Of a stretch of DNA of 64,000 bases, positions 10,596 through 20,699 are shown piece by piece (position 1 is the first letter of the stretch; each line of letters starts with the position of its first letter). The position numbers and the translations under genes were made by a program. The stretch is from Candidatus Wildermuthbacteria bacterium RIFOXYD1_FULL_50_12. Its GTDB lineage: Bacteria > Patescibacteriota > Minisyncoccia > Minisyncoccales > UBA10102. Location: NCBI GenBank assembly GCA_001825035.1, contig MHUO01000004.1, forward strand, positions 155,476 to 219,475. Direction: 5' to 3'. The notes beneath the pieces are model-generated. The model was not told where the DNA came from, made no database searches, and saw nothing but the letters and a program-made list of their open reading frames with translations.

Positions 10596-11900
10596 ATGGC
10601 GAAAGTTCTTTTTCAATCCACAAATCCGCGTCTTCTTCGATCTACCCTTGTTGGATACTTATATGAAATCGCCCAGGAACATCAAGTAGTGCTGCTGGCT
10701 GATGGAATGGACGATTATACGAAGAGTCTGCTTCAGGACAAAGGTTTGTTTCCCGGATTGGCGAATATCATATTTTTCGAATCGCCGTTCGGAAAAAATG
10801 TGGTTCGGAAAAACAGCCGACTGCACGCTATCCTTGCAAAAGCAGTCAACGGGTATAAGCCAGATGTTGTTATCGTCCCAAGTGATTTATGGCCTGCCGA
10901 AATGTATTTGCTTCGACTGGCGAAAAGAGCGCGTGCAGTTACGCTCGCCATGCAGCCTGGGTTTAAAATGGCAGAGCAAAAGCGGCTTCTTTGGTGGGCG
11001 TACCAAAACTCCTGCGCGAGAATGCCGAGCTTTTTGCCGCTTTCGGTAAAGATGCCTATAGCAAAAACAAAAAAATTTCTTGGGTATGCGTTGTATCACT
11101 GGATATTGCCGCTTGCAGCAGGGGAAATGCCATTTGCTGGTAAAGCGAGCTTTATATTCTGGGACGAGAGTTCAGGAAAGCGTGATGCAGATTTTACAGC
11201 AGTTTTCTCAAAAAGAGACCGCGAGCTCTGCATAAAAGATGGAGTGCTGGCAGAAAAGATTTTTGTACTTGGGCATCCTTTAGAGCATACAGGGACAAGG
11301 AAATTTTTTGAAAAAGCCTATTCTGCTCACGGAAAAACACGAGAAGATTCAAAGACCTTAACAATCATGTGGCCAGGCGAGAAGGTCGGGTTTCGAGAAC
11401 AAGACCATTCCCTTATTTCAGAACAGGATATTTGGGGAAGAAGGGTTTCTACTGTAAAGCGTATTGCGGCCCATCTTGGAGACTGGAAAATTTTTATTAA
11501 ACCTCATCCTACGGAAAAAGAAGCTGCGCAAATTAAAGAATCGCTTGAGAGAATTTCGCCGAGTGTTGCAGTTGTGAATTCCTTAGAGCCAGCCGAGAAA
11601 TATATTGAGATGAGCCAATGTATCGTGGGCATTTCGCTGCCAAGCACAACTCTTTTTACCGCGCAGAAACAGTACCCTGGAAAAATCATCCTGTCGCTCA
11701 ACTTAGATAATGAATTTCTAGGGGATAGCTATAAAGATTTTGAGGGTATTGAATATATCGATACGGAAGAGAAGCTCGATGAGACAGTACATGCCATTGG
11801 GAATGAAACATATCGCAAAGAAGGAGAGGGTACCGAAACATTCGATTTTGGGAGCGCTGCAGAATTAGTTAATTATGTGTATGCAAAACGTATATCTTGA
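10596..11900 (+). CDS. Hypothetical GT-B-like glycosyltransferase (candidate ulosonic-acid transferase)
   Basis: 434 aa inside the glycan operon; IKPHP and ST motifs like capsule/sialyltransferase-type enzymes. Confidence 0.5.
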   Translation: MAKVLFQSTNPRLLRSTLVGYLYEIAQEHQVVLLADGMDDYTKSLLQDKGLFPGLANIIFFESPFGKNVVRKNSRLHAILAKAVNGYKPDVVIVPSDLWPAEMYLLRLAKRARAVTLAMQPGFKMAEQKRLLWWAYQNSCARMPSFLPLSVKMPIAKTKKFLGYALYHWILPLAAGEMPFAGKASFIFWDESSGKRDADFTAVFSKRDRELCIKDGVLAEKIFVLGHPLEHTGTRKFFEKAYSAHGKTREDSKTLTIMWPGEKVGFREQDHSLISEQDIWGRRVSTVKRIAAHLGDWKIFIKPHPTEKEAAQIKESLERISPSVAVVNSLEPAEKYIEMSQCIVGISLPSTTLFTAQKQYPGKIILSLNLDNEFLGDSYKDFEGIEYIDTEEKLDETVHAIGNETYRKEGEGTETFDFGSAAELVNYVYAKRIS

Positions 11901-12900
11901 TCCAAATTCATACGTGCATCTGCAGAATGTGTTGTTTGAAAGAAGTGATAGATATAATACAAACAACTGCCGCGAGCCAGTTATCTTTTTGAGCGAATAC
12001 TGCTCAAAGCGGGGAATTAATCTGCAGACAATTGATTTCTGGGATCGCGAAAAGGCAAGTGCGCAAGACATATATGTTTCTTTCGATCACAAGTTTTTCT
12101 TGCGAAAATGGTACTGGCGCAAAAGAAATCCTCAATACCCTCGAGTAGATCTCGCGAAATTCAAAAAGCGAATACTGTTTCATTTTGAGCCGCCCACTGT
12201 AATGGCCGAGATTCGCTATATTGCAAAGAGCGCCATGCGCGCATACGACAAAGCTTTCTTTACATGGAAAATCCCAGGCACAAACGCCCAATATTTTCAT
12301 ACTCCACAAGCACACGAGGGTTTGTTCTTTGAATATTGGCAAAATGAAAACCGCGCGTTTCTTACTCTTATCAATTCAAACCGGAGCTCCTTGTCACGCT
12401 ACAAAGAACTGCTTACAGAGCGAGTTCGGGCGATTCTGTTTTTTGGCAAAACGCATGACATAGATTTGTACGGCTTTGGATGGGATGCCCGCCCCCTTTT
12501 CCCGTATTGGTTTTCCGGAGATGCAATACGAAAAACCTATAAGGGTTCGGTGGAGGATAAGTACAAAACATTAAGCCAATATACATTTGCGTTTGCTGTC
12601 GAAAACTGCGAGCTTCCAGGATATATCACCGACAAAGTATTTGACTGCTTCTACGCAGGGACAATCCCTCTGTATTTAGGGGCGCCCGATATTGAAGAAT
12701 ATATCCCGAAAGATTGTTTTATTGATATGCGAGATTTCAGAAACTACGAAGAGCTGCGGAAGTTTTTAAAACAGCTATCGCAGGAAGAGATAAAAACATA
12801 TAAAGAAAACGGTCGTCGTTTCTTGGAGTCAGAGCACTATAAGCCTTTTACCAAAGAACATTTTGCGCGGCTGTTCGTGGAAGCTTGCCAAGACGCATAA
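11881..12900 (+). CDS. GT10 (fucosyltransferase-like) glycosyltransferase
   Basis: Y.FAFAVEN...GYITDK.FD.F.AGTIP.YLG GT10 signature. Confidence 0.85.
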   Translation: MQNVYLDPNSYVHLQNVLFERSDRYNTNNCREPVIFLSEYCSKRGINLQTIDFWDREKASAQDIYVSFDHKFFLRKWYWRKRNPQYPRVDLAKFKKRILFHFEPPTVMAEIRYIAKSAMRAYDKAFFTWKIPGTNAQYFHTPQAHEGLFFEYWQNENRAFLTLINSNRSSLSRYKELLTERVRAILFFGKTHDIDLYGFGWDARPLFPYWFSGDAIRKTYKGSVEDKYKTLSQYTFAFAVENCELPGYITDKVFDCFYAGTIPLYLGAPDIEEYIPKDCFIDMRDFRNYEELRKFLKQLSQEEIKTYKENGRRFLESEHYKPFTKEHFARLFVEACQDA

Positions 12901-12913
12901 GCTGGCGCCATTT

Positions 12914-13714
12914 ATGGAAACATCTCAAAAAAATACTATTCCGGTCGTTATCCTCTGCGGAGGTATGGGTACGCGCCTCAAGGAAGAAACTGAGTTTAAG
13001 CCAAAGCCAATGGTGGAAATAGGAGGGAGGCCCATTCTGTGGCATATTATGAAAATATATGCTCATTATGGATTTTACGATTTTGTGTTGGCGCTTGGGT
13101 ATAAAGGGGATTCCATTCGCGATTACTTTTTGAAACATCGGTATTACGAATCGGATTTTGCGGTTGAAACTGGCGGGCTAAGGAAGATTGAGTTTTTAAG
13201 CAACGGTAAGCTAGAGCAAGACAATTTTCGTATTATCTTTGCCGAAACCGGCTTGGAAACGCCGCATGGAGAGCGCGTATTGATACTGCAAAAATATCTC
13301 AAAGACAGCGACTTGTTTATGGTAACCTACGGGGATGGTGTGGCAGATATTAATATTGAAAAACTGGTTGCCTTCCATAAGGCGCATGGGAAGATCGCAA
13401 CCATTACGGGCGTACACCCTATCTCGCGGTGGGGGCTCGTAAATGCCAATGAAGACGGTACAGTAACAACATTGGATCAAAAGCCAATGCTCTATGATTA
13501 CGTGAATGGCGGTTTTATGGTGTTCGACAAACGATTCTTCGAATTTTTGAAGCCAGGCGACATGATTGAAGACTCTTTGGCGCGGCTTATTCCGCAGCAG
13601 CAATTGGCCCTCTTTAAACACGAAGGGTTTTGGTATGGCATGGACACGTATCGCGATTTTTTGGTGTTGAACGAGCTTTGGGCAAAAGATCCAAAATGGA
13701 AAGTATGGAAATAA
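12914..13714 (+). CDS. rfbF: Glucose-1-phosphate cytidylyltransferase
   Basis: ILCGGMGTRLKEET..KPKPMVEIG, TYGDGVAD, HEGFW..MDT.RD. Confidence 0.92.
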   Translation: METSQKNTIPVVILCGGMGTRLKEETEFKPKPMVEIGGRPILWHIMKIYAHYGFYDFVLALGYKGDSIRDYFLKHRYYESDFAVETGGLRKIEFLSNGKLEQDNFRIIFAETGLETPHGERVLILQKYLKDSDLFMVTYGDGVADINIEKLVAFHKAHGKIATITGVHPISRWGLVNANEDGTVTTLDQKPMLYDYVNGGFMVFDKRFFEFLKPGDMIEDSLARLIPQQQLALFKHEGFWYGMDTYRDFLVLNELWAKDPKWKVWK

Positions 13715-13763
13715 ATCCCGTTAGAAATGCGATTGTCATACGCTATAAACGGGACACAAAAAC

Positions 13764-14747
13764 ATGATGCAAGGGAATATTTCTAACGGGATAAATCTCA
13801 AAGGCAAAACAGTTTTGGTCACTGGAGGCGCGGGGTTTATCGGCAGCCATGTGGTGGATCGGCTTGTTGAAGAAGGCGCCCGCGTTGTTGTGTTGGACAA
13901 TTTGTCTTCCGGAAGCAAGGAAAACCTGAATTCCAAAGCCGTGTTCTATCAGGCAGATGTGAAAGACATGCAGGAGGTGCGAGGTATAATCCAAAAGGAA
14001 GCGCCCTCGGCAGTTTTCCATTTGGCTGCCCAACCTCTTGTGGAGACCGCGTACGAAAACCCTTTAGAGACGCTCGAGGTGAATTTTATGGGTACTGTGC
14101 ATGTGCTGGAAGCTTGCAGACTAAATGGAAATCTCGAAGCAATTGTTGTGGTTTCTTCAGATAAGGCATACGGCAAATCGAAAACATTGCCTTACGCAGA
14201 AGATATGCCGGTCGGGGGAGACCACCCGTACGAAGTTTCAAAGGCGGCCGGCGATCTGACGGCCCAGAGTTATTTTAAAACTTATGGAATGCCAGTGGCT
14301 ATTGCGAGATTCGGCAATACCTTTGGGCCGCGCGACCGGAATTGGGGGAGAATTATTCCAGATTGTTTCCAGGCCATTTTGAAGAATAAAGAGCTGGTTA
14401 TACGGAGCGACGGGAAAATGGTGCGGGAGTATGTGTATGCAAAAGACGTGGCAGAAGCATGCTTCAGGCTTGCTCAGCACATTGAGAGTAGTAAGGGAGG
14501 GGCGTTCAATTTTGGAAGCGACAATATCTTAAACGTGCTTGAGGTTGTGCAGGAGATAGAAAAGATATTGGAAGTAAAAATTCCTTATAAAATATTGAAC
14601 ACCGCCAAGAACGAAATCCCCAAGCAGTATTTGGATTGGAGCAAAGCAAAACGCATGCTCGCCTGGCAGCCAAAGTATACCTTCGCCCAAGGCATCCGCG
14701 AATCCTTTGAGTGGTATAAAGAGAATATGATGCACTTTGAAAAATAA
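13764..14747 (+). CDS. NAD-dependent dehydratase (CDP-glucose 4,6-dehydratase-like)
   Basis: TGGAGFIG, FHLAAQPLV, SSDKAY, PYEVSK. Confidence 0.8.
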   Translation: MMQGNISNGINLKGKTVLVTGGAGFIGSHVVDRLVEEGARVVVLDNLSSGSKENLNSKAVFYQADVKDMQEVRGIIQKEAPSAVFHLAAQPLVETAYENPLETLEVNFMGTVHVLEACRLNGNLEAIVVVSSDKAYGKSKTLPYAEDMPVGGDHPYEVSKAAGDLTAQSYFKTYGMPVAIARFGNTFGPRDRNWGRIIPDCFQAILKNKELVIRSDGKMVREYVYAKDVAEACFRLAQHIESSKGGAFNFGSDNILNVLEVVQEIEKILEVKIPYKILNTAKNEIPKQYLDWSKAKRMLAWQPKYTFAQGIRESFEWYKENMMHFEK

Positions 14748-14854
14748 AAGAACCCACCTGAAGCTTTGGAAAGCTAAAGGTGGGCTTGGGAGGCGAGGCG
14801 GCATAGAGAAAATGTCAAGTAGAAAAGATGGGTATTGTATGATATAAAGTTCCT

Positions 14855-15550
14855 ATGGACAAGTCCTTGATGACAAATGAAAATACAGAATTTCGCAGCA
14901 AGGTTTTGTCGACGTTGAGAGCTCTTAAGTTTGACAGGGGCAGCAAGCTGATGATTCCGATTTATAACAAAGAGGAAGTGGTAGCTCATTTGGTGCCATT
15001 GACCGCGGATTTTACCAACGAAGAGGTGAAGCTTCTTGCCGAATGGCGGGAAGCAAACGCCCAATGGTTCCCTTCGCAATTTAAAGTTACAGAAGAAGGA
15101 ACAAAAAAGTGGGTGCAAGCCCAAGTGATTGAAGCTGAAGACCGGATCTTGTTTTGGATTCAAGCTTTAGACGGTTCTTTGCTCGGTCACATAGGTCTTT
15201 ACCGATTCGATTTTGAAGACCGTTCATGCGAGATTGACAACGTCATGAGAGGAAAGCAAGATGCAATGCCGGGGATTATGACCATGGCGCTTAAGAGTTT
15301 ATTGCACTGGTCATTCACTACCTTAGAGCTTCAAGCTCTTACGTTGCGGGTATTTTCTGATAACGAAAGAGCAATAGTTTTGTATCAACGGTGCGGGTTT
15401 GAAAAGGTAAGAGATATACCACTCAAGAAAGTGGTGAGCGAAACCATGACCCAGTGGGTGGAGAGCGAAAACGGCTCTGAAGAAAAAGTCGAACGATATT
15501 TTAGACAGTTTCGCATAACAAAACTAAAGTACGATACGCAGAACAAATAA
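14855..15550 (+). CDS. GNAT N-acetyltransferase (RimJ/PseH-like)
   Basis: LRVFSDNERAIVLYQRCGF GNAT C-terminal motif; precedes a sugar aminotransferase. Confidence 0.8.
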   Translation: MDKSLMTNENTEFRSKVLSTLRALKFDRGSKLMIPIYNKEEVVAHLVPLTADFTNEEVKLLAEWREANAQWFPSQFKVTEEGTKKWVQAQVIEAEDRILFWIQALDGSLLGHIGLYRFDFEDRSCEIDNVMRGKQDAMPGIMTMALKSLLHWSFTTLELQALTLRVFSDNERAIVLYQRCGFEKVRDIPLKKVVSETMTQWVESENGSEEKVERYFRQFRITKLKYDTQNK

Positions 15551-15560
15551 AAATAAATAT

Positions 15561-16682
15561 ATGAACGAGAAACACATCATAGACAAAATGATACTTACTG
15601 CTGGGCCATCTATAACCCAGAAAGAAATTGATTATGTTATGGACGCCGTGAAAAACGGCTGGTATGAGAATTGGAACGGCTACCTCAAAAAGTTTGAGCA
15701 AAAATTTGCTGAATACGTGGGAACAAAATATGCCATAGCCACGTCTTCTTGCACGGGAGCTATGCATATAGCGTTGGCAGCCTTGCGCGTAGGAAGGGGC
15801 GATGAAATTATTGTTCCTGAAACAACCTGGGGGGGGACGGCTGCTGTCGTAACGTATGTGGGCGCCACGCCTGTTTTTGTGGATATTGAAAGAGATACGT
15901 GGACCATGGATCCTGAAAGCTTAAAAAAGGCGATAACTCCGAAAACAAAAGGGATCCTTTCTGTGCATTTATATGGCCATCCCGCCAATATGGACGAAAT
16001 CACACGCATCGCGAAAGAGCATGGCCTCTTTATCTTGGAAGACGCGGCTCCCTCTATTGGTTCAGAATACAAGGGCAGGAAGACAGGAAGCTTGGGAGAC
16101 GCGGCGGCCTTTAGTTTTCAAGGAGCAAAATTATTGGTTACGGGAGAAGGAGGAATGCTGGTAACAAGCGATGAGAATATATATGAACGAGCATGTTTCT
16201 TGGCTGATCAGGGCAGAGATTCTCATAGGCAATTTTACATAAATGAAATCTCGTATAAATACAAGATGTCTAACATTCAAGCTGCTCTCGGTTTGGCGCA
16301 GCTGGAAAGGATAAACGAGCTGCTGGAGAAGAAAAGGCGTATTTATGAATGGTATACATCCAGTCTTGGAGGGAAGAAAGGCATTACCTTAAGTGCGGAG
16401 AAAGACTGGGCCAAAACCAATCACTGGATGTCTTCTATACTTTTAGAAGATACCGTTCAAATCGACAGGGAAGAATTGAGGGCAAAATTGAAAGAGAGAA
16501 ATATAGATACACGGCCTATTTTCCCTCCGATAAGCAACTTTCCTATGTTTACAAAGGGTAAGAACCCGGTTGCTGAATTTGTGGGGCAGAGAGGGATTAA
16601 TCTTCCGAGCCCAATGACCTTAACCAAAGAACAGGCAGATTATGTCGCAGAGAATGTGCTGGATTTAACTGGAGTTTCGTAA
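15561..16682 (+). CDS. DegT/DnrJ sugar aminotransferase (perosamine synthase-like)
   Basis: VHLYGHP, EDAA, FSFQGAKLLVTGEGGM. Confidence 0.9.
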   Translation: MNEKHIIDKMILTAGPSITQKEIDYVMDAVKNGWYENWNGYLKKFEQKFAEYVGTKYAIATSSCTGAMHIALAALRVGRGDEIIVPETTWGGTAAVVTYVGATPVFVDIERDTWTMDPESLKKAITPKTKGILSVHLYGHPANMDEITRIAKEHGLFILEDAAPSIGSEYKGRKTGSLGDAAAFSFQGAKLLVTGEGGMLVTSDENIYERACFLADQGRDSHRQFYINEISYKYKMSNIQAALGLAQLERINELLEKKRRIYEWYTSSLGGKKGITLSAEKDWAKTNHWMSSILLEDTVQIDREELRAKLKERNIDTRPIFPPISNFPMFTKGKNPVAEFVGQRGINLPSPMTLTKEQADYVAENVLDLTGVS

Positions 16683-17486
16683 ATGGATTATAGCAGTTTG
16701 GCAAAACAGATCCGGCAGAATATCGTGCGTATGGCTTTTTTGGCCAAAAATTCTCATGTGGCTTGTGCCTTGTCGTGCGCCGATATTCTTACGGTCTTGT
16801 ATTTCGGCATCTTATCAATAGATCCGAAAAATCCTCAGGGGCCGCGCGACCGGTCTATTCTAAGCAAAGGGCACGCGGCATCGGCTTTGTACGCTACGCT
16901 CGCCCAGCGAGGATTTTTCCCTGCGGAGGTTCTTGATTCCTATTGTAAAGATGGAGGAATGCTGCCGGGACATTGCACAAAGGACTGTGTGCCTGGCGTT
17001 GAAGTTTCCACAGGATCTCTTGGCCACGGCTTGTCTATTGGAGCCGGCATGGCGCTTGCTGAAAAGAGGGGCAATGGAAAGGAGCGAGTATTTGTGCTTT
17101 TGAGCGATGGAGAATGTGACGAAGGTGCCTTGTGGGAAGCGGCACTCTTTGCCAGCCATCATGAGCTGGACAATCTTGTTGCTATTGTAGACTACAATAA
17201 GTTTCAGGGCTTTGGAAAAACAAGCGATATTTTGAACTTGGAACCTTTCCAGGAAAAGTGGGAAGGCTTTGGCTGGGCTGTAGTAAGCGTAGACGGGCAT
17301 AACTATGAGGAACTCGAGCGAGCGCTGAAAGCTATTCCGCAAGAGCAGAGGAAACCCACAGTGCTTGTGGCGCATACCATAAACGGGAAGGGAGTATCGT
17401 ATATGGAAAATAAGTTAGAGTGGCACTATAAATCGCCAAACGAAGAACAATATCAGCAGGCGCTAGAAGAAATTCGATCTCTATGA
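16683..17486 (+). CDS. Transketolase N-terminal (ThDP-binding) subunit
   Basis: LSKGHA, STGSLGHGL, SDGECDEG..WEA. Confidence 0.9.
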   Translation: MDYSSLAKQIRQNIVRMAFLAKNSHVACALSCADILTVLYFGILSIDPKNPQGPRDRSILSKGHAASALYATLAQRGFFPAEVLDSYCKDGGMLPGHCTKDCVPGVEVSTGSLGHGLSIGAGMALAEKRGNGKERVFVLLSDGECDEGALWEAALFASHHELDNLVAIVDYNKFQGFGKTSDILNLEPFQEKWEGFGWAVVSVDGHNYEELERALKAIPQEQRKPTVLVAHTINGKGVSYMENKLEWHYKSPNEEQYQQALEEIRSL

Positions 17487-18412
17487 GAAAAGCGTTTTGC
17501 GACAGTTTACTTGAAACGGCAGAAAAAGACGAAAGTGTTATTCTTATTACCAACGATTTGGGGTTTTCTGTGTTGGAGCCGTTTGAACAAAAATTTGCCA
17601 AACGCTTTTTGAACGTGGGAGTCGCAGAACAGAATATGATTGGTGTCGCGGCAGGGCTTGCGCTTTCAGCGAAAAAAGTTTTCGTGTATTCCATTGTGCC
17701 TTTTGTTACCATGCGCTGTTTTGAGCAGATTCGAAATGATATATGTTCTGCAAATTTGCCCGTTGTATTGGTTGGAGTGGGAGGCGGCTTATCATACGGC
17801 ACCGCAGGTCTTACCCACCATTCTTTAAACGACATTGCGATTATGAGAAGTCTGCCAAATATGGAGGTTTTTTGTCCGGGAGATCCTGCAGAAACGCGGG
17901 CAGTTATGGCGTATCTTGCTATATCGCAAAACCCTGCATATCTGCGTATTGGGAAAGGAAATGATCCTATGGTGTATGAGAAGACACCTGATTTTACGCC
18001 TGGAAAGGCAATTCTTCTGCAGGATGGGAGCGATATTAGCATTTTCGCAACGGGGAATATTTTATGGAATGCGAGAGAAGCTGCAAAGATTCTCGGCCAA
18101 ACTGGGTTGAGTGTGCGTTTGCTCAGCATGCCAAGCGTGAAACCCATTGATGAAGAGGCAATACACAAAGCGTCGCGAGAGACGAAGGCCATTTTCTCTA
18201 TTGAAGAACACAGTATTATCGGCGGGTTAGGAGGGGCAGTTGCCGAAACGGTGGCAGAGTATAAAGATGCAAAGCCGTTTTTTGCGCGTATTGGATTTCC
18301 GGACAGCTTTTGCAAAGAGGTTGGGAGCCAGGAATATCTGCGGCAAGCATACGGATTATCAGCGCAAGCGATAGCAGAACGCGTCCAGAACCTTATAAAG
18401 GGTATTCTATGA
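17483..18412 (+). CDS. Transketolase C-terminal subunit
   Basis: NVGVAEQNM, GLTHH, EEHSIIGGLG. Confidence 0.9.
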   Translation: MRKAFCDSLLETAEKDESVILITNDLGFSVLEPFEQKFAKRFLNVGVAEQNMIGVAAGLALSAKKVFVYSIVPFVTMRCFEQIRNDICSANLPVVLVGVGGGLSYGTAGLTHHSLNDIAIMRSLPNMEVFCPGDPAETRAVMAYLAISQNPAYLRIGKGNDPMVYEKTPDFTPGKAILLQDGSDISIFATGNILWNAREAAKILGQTGLSVRLLSMPSVKPIDEEAIHKASRETKAIFSIEEHSIIGGLGGAVAETVAEYKDAKPFFARIGFPDSFCKEVGSQEYLRQAYGLSAQAIAERVQNLIKGIL

Positions 18413-19710
18413 AAACAGAGAAACAATTGCGAAAAGAAATTTTAAATCTGACAAAAGAATTTTATCGGGCGCGAAAACAGCAAGAGCCGTTTATCCCCGG
18501 GGAAACGCAGATTAGCTATGGTGGTCGCGTGTACAACGAAAAAGAAATGATGAATTTGGTAGATGCTGCTTTGGATTTTTGGCTTTCCATGGGCAGATTT
18601 GCAGAGCAATTCGAAAAAGAATTTGCCTCGTTCCTCGGAGTAAAGTATTGTTTACTCACAAATTCTGGGTCTTCTGCAAACCTGCTTGCTGTTTCGGCGC
18701 TCACTTCTCCAAAACTGGGGGAAAGGCGGCTGAAGCCGGGTGATGAAGTTATCACCACTGCGTGCGGATTTCCTACCACACTCAATCCCATTGTGCAGAA
18801 TAATCTTGTTCCTGTTTTTCTCGATGTTGAGCTCGACACGTATAATATTAAGGTTGGAGATATTGAAAAGGCGCTTTCTCCAAAAACAAAGGCAATTTTT
18901 GTGGCTCACGGTCTTGGCAATCCCGCGAACCTTCGGGAGCTTGGGCGTATCGCAAAGAAATATAATCTATGGCTTATTGAAGACAATTGCGATGCCGTAG
19001 GATCGAAGTATCAGGGAAAGTACACGGGAACCTTTGGCGATATTGCTACCTGCAGTTTTTACGCAAGCCACCATATGACTATGGGGGAAGGAGGCGCGGT
19101 GCTCACGAGCAACGGAACACTCAAGAAGATTATTGCTTCTTTTCGAGATTGGGGCAGGGAGTTCGACGAACCTGGAATGCAAACCGACCGGTTTTCCTCG
19201 AAAGTGGGAGAATTGCCTTTCGGATACGATCGCAGGTACATCTTTTCCCATATCGGATACAATCTAAAGATTACTGATCTACAGCCTGCTATTGGTTTGG
19301 CGCAGCTCGAAAAGCTGCCCTCGTTTATAGAAGCACGGAAAAAGAATTTTGCCGCGCTTAAAAAAGCTCTTGAGCCCTATAGCGGGTTTCTTGCTTTTCC
19401 CCGGCAAGAAAAAGAGGCAGATCCCTGCTGGTTTGGCTTTCCGATGCTTGTAAAGCAGACTGCTCCTTTCACCAGAAAAGAAATGGTGGAGTTTTTGGAA
19501 GAGCGGAAAGTCATGACGCGTATGTTCTTGGGCGGCAATCTTTTAAAGCAGCCCGCGTACAAAGACATACAATATCGGGTTTTCGATTCTCTAAGCAACA
19601 CCGATTCGATTATGGAGCATTTGCTGTGGATTGGCGTCTATCCTGGCATCACGAAAGAAAAAATGCGCTATATGACTGGCGTACTGCTGGGGTTTTTTGG
19701 AGCCGTATAG
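18409..19710 (+). CDS. rfbH: CDP-6-deoxy-D-xylo-4-hexulose 3-dehydrase (E1)
   Basis: NSGSSANLLA, EDNCDA, SFYASHHMTMGEGG (His replacing the PLP Lys), RDWGR. Confidence 0.9.
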   Translation: MKTEKQLRKEILNLTKEFYRARKQQEPFIPGETQISYGGRVYNEKEMMNLVDAALDFWLSMGRFAEQFEKEFASFLGVKYCLLTNSGSSANLLAVSALTSPKLGERRLKPGDEVITTACGFPTTLNPIVQNNLVPVFLDVELDTYNIKVGDIEKALSPKTKAIFVAHGLGNPANLRELGRIAKKYNLWLIEDNCDAVGSKYQGKYTGTFGDIATCSFYASHHMTMGEGGAVLTSNGTLKKIIASFRDWGREFDEPGMQTDRFSSKVGELPFGYDRRYIFSHIGYNLKITDLQPAIGLAQLEKLPSFIEARKKNFAALKKALEPYSGFLAFPRQEKEADPCWFGFPMLVKQTAPFTRKEMVEFLEERKVMTRMFLGGNLLKQPAYKDIQYRVFDSLSNTDSIMEHLLWIGVYPGITKEKMRYMTGVLLGFFGAV

Positions 19711-19721
19711 AGATAAGATGC

Positions 19722-20699
19722 ATGAAGAATAAAGTAGCTGTTGCTATCCCAACATATAACAGACTTGCGTATCTCAAAGAATGTATCGAAAGTATCCTGA
19801 ACCAGATGTTTCAGGATTTCTCTCTTTTTGTATTTGATAACGCTTCAGACGAGCCGGTCGAACAGGAACTGCAAAAGTACCAAGACGAGAGGTTGCATTT
19901 TATCGGCAGCACTCAAAATACAGGACCTGTCGGAAATATTAACCGTATTTTGGAGTATCCCTTCGATTCAGAATACGTAGCCATATTTCATGATGATGAT
20001 GCGATGCATCCAAAAAAACTTGAGCTGCAGAGTTCTTTTTTGGACGCCCATCAGGATGTGCTATTTGTAGCTTCAGATTTCAATGAGGTTTCAGACAAAA
20101 CTATTCACGCTTTTGCAGGTTTTGACGAGAACAACGTAAAGAGCGCTATGTATAAAAATCCCTATGAGTTTGTGCGAGCGGAGATGTCGTGGTTGCGGTG
20201 TGCGTTTGGTTCAGTTATGTATAGAAAAAACGCTTTTCTTGCTGGTCGAATGCAGGCGGACAAGTTTTCAGAGTTTGCCGATTTGGTGTTCCTTATGGGA
20301 ATTTCCAAAAAAGGGCCTTGTGCTTTCTTGAAAGCTCCCTTGATGAATTATCGCATTCACCCCGGGCAAAACAGAGTGCTTGGTCAAGAATACGAACAAG
20401 GCGCTATGGAAATGCTTTCTTTTTGCAGAGAAAGCCTGCCTGCTGCGTTAGATAAGAAGGATGAAATGCTGCTTCGCAGATATTCTGTCAATTTCTTGCT
20501 TAGGGCTTGCGCCCATATCAACAAAGGATTTTTTTATTCACTGCGATTTCTACAAAAGTGCCATCAGCAACAGTTTATCCGATACAGAGATTTTCGATAT
20601 ATTGATGCGCACGGATTGGTTTCTGCAGTAAGCATAGTATTAAAAAGCAAAAAAATAATTAGCGCAGCACGATGGGCGAGAAGTTTGTTTCGATTATAG
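19722..20699 (+). CDS. GT2 glycosyltransferase
   Basis: IPTYNR, DNAS, HDDD, YRIH. Confidence 0.85.
   Translation: MKNKVAVAIPTYNRLAYLKECIESILNQMFQDFSLFVFDNASDEPVEQELQKYQDERLHFIGSTQNTGPVGNINRILEYPFDSEYVAIFHDDDAMHPKKLELQSSFLDAHQDVLFVASDFNEVSDKTIHAFAGFDENNVKSAMYKNPYEFVRAEMSWLRCAFGSVMYRKNAFLAGRMQADKFSEFADLVFLMGISKKGPCAFLKAPLMNYRIHPGQNRVLGQEYEQGAMEMLSFCRESLPAALDKKDEMLLRRYSVNFLLRACAHINKGFFYSLRFLQKCHQQQFIRYRDFRYIDAHGLVSAVSIVLKSKKIISAARWARSLFRL

Noticed and set aside
17332-18426. Long antisense ORFs (also 39897-40913, 41020-41865, 30717-31439)
   Set aside because: They are shadows of well-supported + strand genes and have no recognisable motifs.
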